Source of the DNA: a virus
Taxonomy: Duplodnaviria > Heunggongvirae > Uroviricota > Caudoviricetes
Reading direction: 5' to 3' (one strand)
Virus record (IMG/VR): IMGVR_UViG_3300045988_011059
Coordinates: 1-44,609 of that record
DNA: 44,609 nucleotides
The notes under the pieces are model-generated. The model had not been told where the DNA came from. It ran no database searches and was given only the letters and a program-made list of their open reading frames with translations. This document shows positions 1 through 8,824 of this stretch, piece after piece. Both the position numbers and the translations under genes were made by a program. Position 1 is the stretch's first letter, and each line of letters opens with the position of its first letter.

Positions 1-89
1 ATTTTTTTTATCTATTTTCTGTAATGACTAGTTGACTATTACCTACGACCATATTATATCTACTCCATCGACAACGAGAACGGAGTAGA
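1..89. repeat. 89-bp direct terminal repeat, identical to 44521..44609
   Basis: Exact identity of the first and last 89 nt of the window, read directly; contains a promoter-like element and abuts a terminator hairpin. Confidence 0.95.
32..60 (+). promoter_or_regulatory. Sigma70-like promoter (TTGACT-N17-TATATC) inside the terminal repeat
   Basis: TTGACT at 32-37, 17-nt spacer, TATATC at 55-60; lies upstream of the first small gene (ATG 94). Confidence 0.5.
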
Positions 90-93
90 GAAG

Positions 94-243
94 ATGAAAA
101 TCACAGATATCGAAGCATTCAAAGACGCACAACTGATGGCGCGCATCGCCGTTAGCAACCTGAGCAGCAGTATTCCAGCGGACGCGTTCTGGTTTGCTGC
201 GATGCAGACACTGAAAGCAGCTTATGCAGGAGAGAAGAAATGA
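94..243 (+). CDS. Hypothetical small protein (49 aa)
   Basis: ATG with GGAG about 9 nt upstream; stop overlaps the next start as ATGA; below the ORF-track length cutoff, translated by hand. Confidence 0.45.
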   Translation: MKITDIEAFKDAQLMARIAVSNLSSSIPADAFWFAAMQTLKAAYAGEKK

Positions 244-524
244 TAAACCAACAGTTAATTAGCGCGGGTTATAGGGTTGTGTCGCGAAAGCATAAGACAC
301 TTTCTCGCATAGACCGCGCGGACTGGAAACAGGTGTTGGCTAAACATCAATGCCCGTGGGATGCAGACGGCGAAGGGATGGAGTGGGTTCTTAATCTAGG
401 TGAGCGCAATTCCGAAGATTATTACAGACGCTGTATAAGTAAGGACACGATAGTTGTTGATGATATAAACGGAATACCTAACAGCGGAAGCGCTGTAACC
501 GGATACAGAGGGGAGACGAAATGA
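240..524 (+). CDS. Hypothetical protein (94 aa)
   Basis: ORF track; ATGA coupling on both ends. Confidence 0.6.
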   Translation: MINQQLISAGYRVVSRKHKTLSRIDRADWKQVLAKHQCPWDADGEGMEWVLNLGERNSEDYYRRCISKDTIVVDDINGIPNSGSAVTGYRGETK

Positions 525-676
525 GCGAACAAGGCCCAGTAAGCCAGCCATTACGAGTAGGCCGTAAAGTCAGCAACACCCCGTTCCCGACACGCGAGGA
601 ACTGATGAAACGTAACAGTTTCCCGGGGCCGGACAAGAACAAGTATCTCAATCGCATGTGGGGAGAGAAGAAATGA
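521..676 (+). CDS. Hypothetical small protein (51 aa)
   Basis: Hand-translated; ATGA overlaps with both neighbours. Confidence 0.4.
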   Translation: MSEQGPVSQPLRVGRKVSNTPFPTREELMKRNSFPGPDKNKYLNRMWGEKK

Positions 677-912
677 AACATTTACGATATGACTGCATTG
701 GTGCGTATTATGCGGGTGAAACCCGACATCCACAAACCGTAATGCGTGAACTTGGTATTACCTACGAACTTGCAATCCCTCAAAGCATATGTGACCAGTG
801 GTGGCTATTTAATTGCCAGCACGGAGAACTTCCAAAGTTCATCGATGAGATGAAAGCAGACGAGCGGCTAGTCAACCAGTATAAACTGCCTAAGGGGTAT
901 AAAAATGACTGA
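673..912 (+). CDS. Hypothetical protein (79 aa)
   Basis: ORF track frame; ATG at 673 preceded by GGGAGAGAAG. Confidence 0.55.
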   Translation: MKHLRYDCIGAYYAGETRHPQTVMRELGITYELAIPQSICDQWWLFNCQHGELPKFIDEMKADERLVNQYKLPKGYKND

Positions 913-1090
913 CCGTGAATACGAAAAGATGATGGTAGAGGCCGTTAACAGCGGCGTAGACATCAGCCACGTGATGCACGTCCTGAATACTAAAATCGCG
1001 GTAGCCGAGCAAATGGTTGAGTCGCTTTATGAGACACGCCGTGAACTGATTAACCGCTTCAACCTGAACAAAGGTGACGCCAATGCCTAA
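905..1090 (+). CDS. Hypothetical protein (61 aa)
   Basis: ORF track; overlapping start. Confidence 0.5.
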   Translation: MTDREYEKMMVEAVNSGVDISHVMHVLNTKIAVAEQMVESLYETRRELINRFNLNKGDANA

Positions 1091-1319
1091 AATAACAATC
1101 GCATCACTCGAGCGCCGTATTCTGGTACTCGAGTCAGAGAAACAGACGTTAGGCGGACAACTGTCAATTAACGGTGAGTTTCAACTGGAGGCGTTTAAGC
1201 AGTTACTTGATAAGTTGAAAGCGGACGAAAGGCCTTGTGCACACGACTACTACATACATTTTGATGGGGTACATCGAGTGACATGCGTTAAATGTGGTAA
1301 AGCGTATGGAGTCTCCTAA
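1083..1319 (+). CDS. Hypothetical protein with C-terminal Cys/His cluster
   Basis: ORF track frame from ATG 1083; C-x-H...H...CxxC near the C-terminus suggests a zinc-binding fold. Confidence 0.5.
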   Translation: MPKITIASLERRILVLESEKQTLGGQLSINGEFQLEAFKQLLDKLKADERPCAHDYYIHFDGVHRVTCVKCGKAYGVS

Positions 1320-1488
1320 ACCAGTAGTTATCGATGGCGTTCTGTGGAAACCCTACTCGGTTAACCACATCGACGCCGACGGGAAGAAGTTCAGCTTCTA
1401 CATTTTTGCAATTAGCCGTGAGCACGCTGCTTGTGTGGTAGACGATATACGAGAAACGGCGTGGCTTGGTGATGAGATAGTAGGGTAA
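1306..1488 (+). CDS. Hypothetical protein (60 aa)
   Basis: ORF track frame; start ambiguous between GTG 1294 and ATG 1306. Confidence 0.4.
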   Translation: MESPKPVVIDGVLWKPYSVNHIDADGKKFSFYIFAISREHAACVVDDIRETAWLGDEIVG

Positions 1489-1490
1489 TT

Positions 1491-1661
1491 ATGTTCAGTG
1501 ACATCAACGCGGCAATCGAAGAAGCAATATGGCGTCGTTACAACGGCGAGCAACAACGGCACTTCTGCCTGGTGCAACGTGGGAACATGATTGCCGTAGT
1601 GCAGGACCGCGATAACAAATATCCGAATGCGATGTGGACAACGAGGAATTTCGTAGGATGA
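1491..1661 (+). CDS. Hypothetical small protein (56 aa)
   Basis: Hand-translated; stop overlaps the next ATG (ATGA at 1658-1661). Confidence 0.4.
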   Translation: MFSDINAAIEEAIWRRYNGEQQRHFCLVQRGNMIAVVQDRDNKYPNAMWTTRNFVG

Positions 1662-1894
1662 TTACCAGCATTCCGAACCTGATTAAAGAATACGGCACGA
1701 TGGCCGAGACATGCCGTCAAACCGGCATCAACGAAATGACGATTGCGAAGTACAGCAAAGACGTTGATTGCGAGCGCCACGTAATTTATAACAACCGTCT
1801 GATGACGCACGTTAAGACAAGCCCGGTGTTATTCACGCGACGCGGTATCACTAAAACCGAGCAACGCATTGCTAAAGAGGAGAGTGGGGAATGA
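1658..1894 (+). CDS. Hypothetical protein, possible helix-turn-helix
   Basis: ORF track frame from ATG 1658; a GINEMTIAKYSK stretch resembles an HTH. Confidence 0.5.
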   Translation: MITSIPNLIKEYGTMAETCRQTGINEMTIAKYSKDVDCERHVIYNNRLMTHVKTSPVLFTRRGITKTEQRIAKEESGE

Positions 1895-2163
1895 TTGAAT
1901 ATGATAATTACCACATAAACCGGTGTGAGGCACTTGAATTTTTGTCCAGAAACTTCCACGATTTCCCAGAACACATGCCTAATGTTCGCGAAGTTGCAGA
2001 GGGTATTTCCGAGAACATATTCAAAGGCTGGCGGTTCGTCGTTATTGATTCTGGTGAGTTGGTTTTCGCTGATTGCCTTTCACCATGTATTCGTAAAATA
2101 GACCTTGAGGAATTTAATGCGACTTTTAGTCTTTCCGAATGCCTGGACTATAGTCGTAGCTAA
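1891..2163 (+). CDS. Hypothetical protein (90 aa)
   Basis: ORF track; ATGA coupling. Confidence 0.55.
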   Translation: MIEYDNYHINRCEALEFLSRNFHDFPEHMPNVREVAEGISENIFKGWRFVVIDSGELVFADCLSPCIRKIDLEEFNATFSLSECLDYSRS

Positions 2164-2221
2164 CGACCATTACGGCGGCGATGGTAAAAGAGCACCACGA
2201 CACGGCCTATATAACTGATAC

Positions 2222-2245
2222 AAGCCCTCTACGGAGGGCTTTTCT
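2222..2245 (+). terminator. Rho-independent terminator
   Basis: AGCCCTC-TACG-GAGGGCT hairpin followed by TTTT. Confidence 0.6.
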
Positions 2246-2339
2246 GTACATCCCTCCCAATCCCCTTATATAATCCTTTTAGACGCGTAGGGCGCGTCTG
2301 ATGCGCTCTGATGGTCAGACGCATAAGCAAGGGGATTCT

Positions 2340-2885
2340 ATGAAGCTGAAACTTAAGCAGCCATCGCCAGAGGTGGTGCAAGCTGCACATGAAGAAGCGG
2401 TTAGCGCAAACCGTCGCCGTAGACGACCGCGTGGCAAACAGAGCCTTTATCAATCATCCCGTAATTCCGCCGCGTTGTGGGACCCGGACTATTGCGACGA
2501 ATTAATCGAGTTCTTCGACCGCACGTCGTGGGAACTGGTGCCTACGTCCAAAGGTGACGAACGTCCGCTGATTCAGGATAAGCCACCATCTCTGGCCCGC
2601 TTTGCCTTACATATCGGCGTCACTATCCCGATTATTAAGCTGTGGCTGCGCGAGATTCCCGCATTTGCCGAAGCCTATGAAACAGCACAGGCACTGGAAG
2701 AGGCATATTTCACTGAGACTGGGGCCGCGGGCATCTCTGCTACGTTTGCCGCCGCGAAGCTGGGACTCGGCAAAGAGAAACCGGTTGAATCGACCGAAGA
2801 AACAGCGCCAACAGAGATTATTTTCAGTGTTGCGGAGCCTGTGGGTAAAATCGTAACAACGAATATGGGTGAGGTAGAGGAATGA
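2340..2885 (+). CDS. Putative terminase small subunit
   Basis: Immediately upstream of and overlapping the large terminase; basic N-terminal region (RRRRRPRGK); AAGGGG RBS before ATG 2340; role inferred from position. Confidence 0.5.
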   Translation: MKLKLKQPSPEVVQAAHEEAVSANRRRRRPRGKQSLYQSSRNSAALWDPDYCDELIEFFDRTSWELVPTSKGDERPLIQDKPPSLARFALHIGVTIPIIKLWLREIPAFAEAYETAQALEEAYFTETGAAGISATFAAAKLGLGKEKPVESTEETAPTEIIFSVAEPVGKIVTTNMGEVEE

Positions 2886-4132
2886 GTATTCAGCTATCCG
2901 CGCCACAGGCTTTGTTCCTGAATTGTGACAATAAATACAAAGCATACGTCGGCGGCTTCGGCAGTGGCAAGACGTTTGTGGGCTGTCTGGACCTGCTTAC
3001 GTTCATGCTCAAGCATCCAGGTACGCGCCTTGGATACTTCGGCCCGACATATCCCGCTATACGCGACATCTTCTACCCGACATTCGAGGAAGCGGCTAAC
3101 CTGCTTGGCCTCGATGTGCTGGTTAAATCCGGCGACAAAGAGGTTGTGGTTACTCGCGGTAAGACGGTGCTCGGAACTGTTATCTGCCGTTCAATGGATA
3201 ACCCTGGCTCGATTGTGGGCTTCAAAATCGCCGCAGCTGTCGTGGATGAGCTGGACGTATTGAGTCGCGAGAAAGCTGAGCTGGCGTGGAACAAAATTGT
3301 AGCCCGTATGCGTCTGGTTATTCCTGGCATAACTAACCACATCTCTGTCACCACGACGCCAGAAGGGTTCAAGTTCGTCTACGCCAAGTTCAAAGAGAAC
3401 CCGACGCCTAGTTACTCGATGGTGCAGGCATCCACACATGAGAATGCGCGTTTTCTGCCGCCGGACTACATTAGCTCGCTGACCGAGACTTATCCGGCGC
3501 AACTGATTAACGCGTATCTGAACGGTGAGTTCGTCAACCTTACCTCCGGCAGCGTGTATTACGCGTATGACCGCCGTAAGCACCGCAGCAAAGAGACAAT
3601 TCAACCGGGCGACACGCTGTACATCGGGCAGGACTTCAACGTTACGAAGAACGCGAGCGCCGTATATGTACAGCGAAAAGACGGCTGGCACGCGGTGGCG
3701 GAACTGAAGGGCCTGTTCGATACACCAGACACCGTGCGTGTAATTACCGAGAAGTGGAAGTCGCAGGGCCACCGCATTGTCGTTTACCCCGATGCCAGCG
3801 GCAAGAACCGCAAGACAAACTCAGCGTCAATCTCTGATATTGCATTACTCCAGCAGGCCGGGTTCGATGTTCGCGCTAAATCCGCCAACCCTCCGGTTAA
3901 AGACCGTGTTTTAGCAGTGAATACCGCGCTGGAAAAAGGTAAGCTGTGGGTTAATGACCACTTATGCCCCGAGATAGCCAAGACGCTGGAACAGCAGGCA
4001 TACGATGATAACGGAGAGCCAGCTAAAGACGGCATCATTGACCATATGGCGGATGCTCTCGGCTACCCTGTAGTTTACGAGATGCCGGTGGTTAAACCAG
4101 TAATCAACATCCCGGTGACTTTCGCACTTTAA
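2882..4132 (+). CDS. Terminase large subunit
   Basis: Walker A GGFGSGKT near the N-terminus, about 416 aa, followed by the portal gene. Confidence 0.85.
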   Translation: MSIQLSAPQALFLNCDNKYKAYVGGFGSGKTFVGCLDLLTFMLKHPGTRLGYFGPTYPAIRDIFYPTFEEAANLLGLDVLVKSGDKEVVVTRGKTVLGTVICRSMDNPGSIVGFKIAAAVVDELDVLSREKAELAWNKIVARMRLVIPGITNHISVTTTPEGFKFVYAKFKENPTPSYSMVQASTHENARFLPPDYISSLTETYPAQLINAYLNGEFVNLTSGSVYYAYDRRKHRSKETIQPGDTLYIGQDFNVTKNASAVYVQRKDGWHAVAELKGLFDTPDTVRVITEKWKSQGHRIVVYPDASGKNRKTNSASISDIALLQQAGFDVRAKSANPPVKDRVLAVNTALEKGKLWVNDHLCPEIAKTLEQQAYDDNGEPAKDGIIDHMADALGYPVVYEMPVVKPVINIPVTFAL

Positions 4133-4144
4133 GAGGATTATTCA

Positions 4145-5626
4145 ATGTTAACTATGAACGGTCAGAATCAGGGTGTTAAGACAAAACACCGGGAATGGCT
4201 GCATCACTTCGATAAATGGCAGAAGGTACGCCACGCACTGGAAGGCGACCTTATTCGCTATCTTCGAAATGTCGGGAAGAACGAACCAGACCCGGCCTAC
4301 GCGGCACAGCGCCAGGAAGAATACGAGAACGGGGCTATCTGCTACAACTTCACTAAACGCACCCTGGCGGGGATGGTTGGCAGTGTCATGCGCAAAGACC
4401 CGGAACAGATCATTCCACCTGAACTGGAGTACCTGTTACGCAACGCTGACGGTTCTGGCGTCGGGCTGTGGCAGCACGCGCAGGACACGTTGATGGAGAT
4501 TGACTCGGTAGGGCGTGGTGGGTTGCTGGTGGACGCCCCGGAGACGGCTGCGGCGACGGCAGCTGAACAGAACGCCGGTTTATTAAACCCGGTCATCGCG
4601 TTCTATACCGCGGAGAACATCATCAACTGGCGACTGACCCGTATCGGTTCGGTTAACCGCGTGACAATGGTAGTGCTGCGTGAGGTGTGGGAATACTCAG
4701 AACCGGGTGCAGAGTTCGAAACAAAGTTCGGTGAGCAATATCGCGTCCTTGACCTTATTGATGGACGCTACCGTCAGCGCATTTACCGCTTCGATGCAGA
4801 AGGTGGCGCACAGGGTGAAGTAAAAGAAATCTTCCCGGAACTTGGCGAACAGTTGCGCGGCAAAATCCCGTTCACGTTCATCGGCGCAAGCAACAACGAT
4901 GCAACCATCGACGACGCACCTTTGCTGCCGTTGGCTGAGCTTAATATCGGACATTTCCGCAACAGCGCGGACAATGAGGAATCCAGCTTCGTTGTAGGCC
5001 AGCCCACTCTGTTCATCGCCCCGGGTGAGAACATGAGCATGGAACAGTGGGCAGAAGCCAACCCACACGGCGTGCGCATGGGGTCGCGCTCAGGCCATAA
5101 CATCGGTTACGGCGGCAATGCGTTTCTGGTTCAGGCGGGAGAGAACAACCTCGCCAAACAGAATATGCTGGACAAAGAGAATCAGGCCATCCAGATTGGT
5201 GCGCAGCTTATCACCCAGACGCAGCAAATCACCGCGGAATCGGCCCGGCTGCAACGCGGCGCTGATACGTCCGTTATGGCAACAATCGCACGTAACGTAA
5301 GCATGGCGTATACAGATGCGTTGCGCTGGGTTGCTGCGATGCTAGGGCTACGTGAAGGCACAGAGATTGAGTTCAAGCTGAATATGGAGTTCTTCCTGCA
5401 GCCTATGACCGCTCAGGACCGTGCACAGTGGATGGCGGACATTAACGCAGGCCTGTTACCGGCTACTGCTTACTACGCAGCGTTGCGTAAGGCGGGTGTA
5501 ACTGACTGGACGGATGAGGACATTCAGAACGCTATCGAGGATGCACCTCTGCCGATGGGCGCGGTTACCAAGGTAGCGGGGGAGATTCCGCAGTCGGCGC
5601 AGCAACAAGATACCATTCAGCGGTAA
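4145..5626 (+). CDS. Portal protein
   Basis: 493-aa ORF directly after the terminase with AAGAGGA RBS; call is by position and size. Confidence 0.75.
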   Translation: MLTMNGQNQGVKTKHREWLHHFDKWQKVRHALEGDLIRYLRNVGKNEPDPAYAAQRQEEYENGAICYNFTKRTLAGMVGSVMRKDPEQIIPPELEYLLRNADGSGVGLWQHAQDTLMEIDSVGRGGLLVDAPETAAATAAEQNAGLLNPVIAFYTAENIINWRLTRIGSVNRVTMVVLREVWEYSEPGAEFETKFGEQYRVLDLIDGRYRQRIYRFDAEGGAQGEVKEIFPELGEQLRGKIPFTFIGASNNDATIDDAPLLPLAELNIGHFRNSADNEESSFVVGQPTLFIAPGENMSMEQWAEANPHGVRMGSRSGHNIGYGGNAFLVQAGENNLAKQNMLDKENQAIQIGAQLITQTQQITAESARLQRGADTSVMATIARNVSMAYTDALRWVAAMLGLREGTEIEFKLNMEFFLQPMTAQDRAQWMADINAGLLPATAYYAALRKAGVTDWTDEDIQNAIEDAPLPMGAVTKVAGEIPQSAQQQDTIQR

Positions 5627-5636
5627 GTTCGCATAT

Positions 5637-5657
5637 AGCCCCGAAAGGGGCTTTCTT
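5637..5657 (+). terminator. Stem-loop / weak terminator
   Basis: GCCCC-GAAA-GGGGC followed by TTTCTT. Confidence 0.45.
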
Positions 5658-5695
5658 ATAGTATGCTATTAACTTTAGCACCACAGGGTTTATCT

Positions 5696-6739
5696 ATGAG
5701 CTTACTTACATCCCTAATAAGCCACCAGATATGGCTACAACGAGCCGCTTCCGGTGAAGTGAAAGACCTCACACCATTCATTCAGGAGATGCGAGACGAA
5801 ATCAAACGGCAGGTTCTGCTATTCGGTGACGACGGTCGCAGCACTGCGCGACTGAATAAACTGTTACGCGACCTCGAAGAAGCACTGGCAGGACTTACCG
5901 GTGACTGGCAAACAAAACTGACAGAAGACCTTAAGGAACTGGTGGCATATGAGGCTGAGTGGAACGTAAAGACGCTGACGGCTAACGTTAACGCGGAATT
6001 TGTTACGCCTACCGCAGAACAGGTGTGGGCCGCTGCCGAGTTTCAGCCATTATCGTTAAGTGACAAGCCTGTTGATTTCACGAAGCTGATGTCTGGCTGG
6101 GGTGAAACGGAGGTCGCGCGCCTGGTAACTGGCGTTAAGATGGGTTTCGTACAAGGCCAAACCACACGGCAGATTGTTAAAAATGTCGTAGGCGCTGGTG
6201 GACTGGCGGACATTTCAGAACGAAACGCTGCGACGGTAATCCGCACCGCTCTGTCTCACGTATCCAACGAAGCACGTAACGAGACGTACCGCCAGAACGA
6301 CGACATCATCGAGAAGTACGAGTGGGTGTCGACGCTGGACAGCCGTACCAGTACGATTTGCAGGGCCAGAGACGGGATGACGTGGGAAATCGGTAAAGGG
6401 CCGATGCCACCCGCCCATCCGAACTGCCGGTCGTGCACGGCTCCGGTAATCAGTTCCGAGTTCGACTTCCTTGATAAAGGTGCAAAACGCGCGGCTAAGG
6501 GTGCGGATGGCGGTACTCAGGTAAGCGCAGACACCACTTACTACGAGTTCCTGAAACAACAACCCGCATGGTTTCAGGACCAGGCGCTCGGCCCGGTGCG
6601 AGGTAAGATTTTCCGCAACAGCGGTATATCGCCGGAAGAGTTTCGCGTAATATCTGTAGATGGTTTCGGGAATCCGCTCACGCTTAAGCAGATGGCGGAA
6701 CTCGATAAACGTGTTGCTGATTATCTGAAAGGGGATTAA
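5696..6739 (+). CDS. Head morphogenesis / minor capsid protein
   Basis: About 350-aa ORF after the portal; start could be ATG 5663 or 5696; call mostly positional. Confidence 0.6.
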   Translation: MSLLTSLISHQIWLQRAASGEVKDLTPFIQEMRDEIKRQVLLFGDDGRSTARLNKLLRDLEEALAGLTGDWQTKLTEDLKELVAYEAEWNVKTLTANVNAEFVTPTAEQVWAAAEFQPLSLSDKPVDFTKLMSGWGETEVARLVTGVKMGFVQGQTTRQIVKNVVGAGGLADISERNAATVIRTALSHVSNEARNETYRQNDDIIEKYEWVSTLDSRTSTICRARDGMTWEIGKGPMPPAHPNCRSCTAPVISSEFDFLDKGAKRAAKGADGGTQVSADTTYYEFLKQQPAWFQDQALGPVRGKIFRNSGISPEEFRVISVDGFGNPLTLKQMAELDKRVADYLKGD

Positions 6740-7200
6740 TGATGGGCTTTTTCAAAGTAACTGATGTACCGTCGCGTCGCGTAGTTCAGTACGCCCGAGT
6801 GTCTGGTTCTGGTGAGAACGTGGTATTTATCGAAGATGAAAGTGTACTTGGTACACCAGTAGACGACATGCCGTTTGCAGATAAAACCGGTATTGCGCTG
6901 CCGGCGGCGGGTATGCTTTATGAAATTCCGTATCTGGCTGATGCTGGCGACGTGTATTTCTCGGTGCAACCGAAAGACACAGAACTGGCAGACGGCAGCG
7001 CAACTATCACGGTCGAAGTTAAGGCTGGTAAAGCGCCGTATGCTCTGACCTGGTACAAAGATGGTAAGGAAGTTGTAAACGCACCCGAAGAGGCTTTGTC
7101 TCTTACGGTTAACGCGGCAGGCGAATACTTCGTTAAAGTTACCGATGCCGATGGTGTAGAGGCCGTCAGTAAAGCGGCGAAGGTCACTAAGCCTGAATAA
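6739..7200 (+). CDS. Ig-like domain protein (capsid-associated?)
   Basis: C-terminal segment YALTWYKDGKEV...GEYFVKVTDADG is typical of a bacterial Ig-like beta-sandwich. Confidence 0.55.
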   Translation: MMGFFKVTDVPSRRVVQYARVSGSGENVVFIEDESVLGTPVDDMPFADKTGIALPAAGMLYEIPYLADAGDVYFSVQPKDTELADGSATITVEVKAGKAPYALTWYKDGKEVVNAPEEALSLTVNAAGEYFVKVTDADGVEAVSKAAKVTKPE

Positions 7201-7203
7201 ACT

Positions 7204-7225
7204 AAGGCCCCGAAAGGGGCTTTTT
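7204..7225 (+). terminator. Rho-independent terminator
   Basis: AAGGCCCCGAAAGGGGCTTTTT hairpin plus T-run. Confidence 0.7.
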
Positions 7226-7254
7226 AGCGCCTGTTATTATTCCAGTTATTCCTC

Positions 7255-7305
7255 CTAATTGTAAATGTTGGAATAAACTATTCGAATAGTTGACTTTTCA
7301 CTAAA
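7255..7305 (+). promoter_or_regulatory. Putative regulated promoter: ATGTTGGAATAA box, palindrome ACTATTCGAATAGT, then TTGACT
   Basis: Read directly; ATGTTGGAATAA recurs at 8045-8056 upstream of the scaffold gene. Confidence 0.35.
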
Positions 7306-7542
7306 AATGTGATAAGCTCCACCTGAGCTTGTGAAGTATGAACAAGCGACCGCGGCGCGGGCAGGTAACGGAGCGGGACGTAAGTCCTGAGTGTAGTTAC
7401 GCTGACGCGTTCGGAAGGGCCATACTCTATTGCTTGTGTAAAAAGGAACGGGTTTACTGAGATTACGCCGTTTCTATGTTTAAATGATAAGGACTAGCGC
7501 CCCGCTTTATGGCGGGGCTTTACTTATCGAGAAAGGAGAAAC

Positions 7543-7929
7543 ATGAATCTTAAAGCAACTGTCGTAGCAGGGGCATGTTTCATCATCCTGTTATATGCCC
7601 ACGGCTACTATCAATACCGCATCGGCTGGAACGAAGGCCGGGCGAATCTCGTTTCGCAGCAACAGCAGAAAGCACAGGCTGCGTTAGCGAAGAAAACACA
7701 ACGGCAGCAGCAGGATGAATCGAAGGCCGCAGCCGCTGACAACGAAGGCAAGACGAAATCAGAGGTGATCACCCGTGAAGTCGTTAAGTACATTAAAACG
7801 CCTGGTCGCAGCGTGTGCACTTTTGACCCTGAGCGCGTGCAGCTCAAGTCCCGCGCCGTCGCAAATGCCAATTCCATCCCCGGATACGACGATGATGCAG
7901 CCGCCGTGCAAACTGGCGGCACCAAGTAG
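7543..7929 (+). CDS. Rz-like inner-membrane spanin
   Basis: N-terminal transmembrane helix (VVAGACFIILLYA), Q/A-rich coiled-coil region, with an o-spanin embedded in the +1 frame. Confidence 0.7.
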   Translation: MNLKATVVAGACFIILLYAHGYYQYRIGWNEGRANLVSQQQQKAQAALAKKTQRQQQDESKAAAADNEGKTKSEVITREVVKYIKTPGRSVCTFDPERVQLKSRAVANANSIPGYDDDAAAVQTGGTK

Positions 7930-8038
7930 CGACGCGGACGAGGATTTAGCTATCGACGTTCAGAACGCTGAATGTGTACGGCAACTGAGACTGAAAGTGT
8001 TCATGTTGCAGGACTACGTGAGGAATATTCTGGAATAG
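7775..8038 (+). CDS. Rz1-like outer-membrane lipoprotein spanin
   Basis: Signal peptide with lipobox LSAC, proline-rich mature region; starts inside the Rz gene and extends past it; GTG start with AGAGG RBS. Confidence 0.7.
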   Translation: MKSLSTLKRLVAACALLTLSACSSSPAPSQMPIPSPDTTMMQPPCKLAAPSSDADEDLAIDVQNAECVRQLRLKVFMLQDYVRNILE

Positions 8039-8120
8039 TTGCCTTGCATGTTGGAATAATTTATTCTTGACATGTAAATCCGGGTGGCCCGGATTCCAAC
8101 GTCCAGGGGACATACTGACT

Positions 8121-8822
8121 ATGAATCGTTTTTTACGTTATCCGTTCCAGGAAGAAGCTGGGGCAGAAGATAAAGCCGGTGGCGGTGACGCGCCGAAAAT
8201 GTTCACCGCCGAAGAAGTTCAGGCGCTGATTGAGAAAGAAGTCGCCGGGCTTAAGGCCAATCAGGAAGCATTGCTGGCGGAGAAGAAAGAAGCCGCTCGC
8301 AAAGCAAAAGAGGCCGAAGAAGAACGGCAGCGCGCACACCAGGAGGCGTTAAAAGCCGCAGGTAAGATGGACGAGTTCGAAAAGACGATTCGTAGCCAGT
8401 ATGACCCGGTGTTAGCCGAGAAAGATGGCCGCATCTCCAGAATGGCAGAGCGCATCCTCGGCAGCGAACGTAAAGCGGTGTTAGGCTCTTTCGCGGGTGA
8501 CTTTATTACCCCGGAAGCAGTGGACATCCTTGCGCCGTTCGTTAAGACTGAGTTCGAAGGCGATGATGTGGTTACTAAGTTTGTCGGCGCAGACGGCAAC
8601 GTAATCACGACTGACCCGGAACAGTTCCGCAAATACCTGCGCGAACACAAAGCGTTTTCGCATTTGATTAAAGCAAATGCAGCTTCCGGCGGCGGGGCTT
8701 CCGGTAGCAAAGGCGGCGGGGCCGCACCAGCGTTTAAAGACATGAGTGAAGCAGAGCGTTTAGCACTGTATAAATCGAACCCTGCCGAATTTGAACGGCA
8801 ACTTAAAGCCCTGAGGAAATAA
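8121..8822 (+). CDS. Scaffolding protein
   Basis: Highly charged, alanine-rich helical protein immediately upstream of the major capsid gene. Confidence 0.65.
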   Translation: MNRFLRYPFQEEAGAEDKAGGGDAPKMFTAEEVQALIEKEVAGLKANQEALLAEKKEAARKAKEAEEERQRAHQEALKAAGKMDEFEKTIRSQYDPVLAEKDGRISRMAERILGSERKAVLGSFAGDFITPEAVDILAPFVKTEFEGDDVVTKFVGADGNVITTDPEQFRKYLREHKAFSHLIKANAASGGGASGSKGGGAAPAFKDMSEAERLALYKSNPAEFERQLKALRK

Positions 8823-8824
8823 TA

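Noticed and set aside
2301-2339. Upstream ATG (2301) as start of the terminase small subunit, giving the 194-aa track ORF
   Set aside because: ATG 2301 lies inside a palindromic hairpin (AGACGCG...CGCGTCT) without a Shine-Dalgarno, whereas ATG 2340 has an AAGGGG RBS at ideal spacing; the shorter start is preferred
3191-3772. 193-aa minus-strand ORF inside the terminase large subunit gene
   Set aside because: Antisense shadow ORF; no RBS and no recognisable domain; the sense strand carries the Walker A terminase
7320-7440. Possible tRNA or structured RNA in the GC-rich part of the 7226-7542 gap
   Set aside because: No convincing cloverleaf was found by eye: no GTTCGANTCC-type T-arm and no matching acceptor stem; kept only as part of the non-coding-region finding, not called as a tRNA
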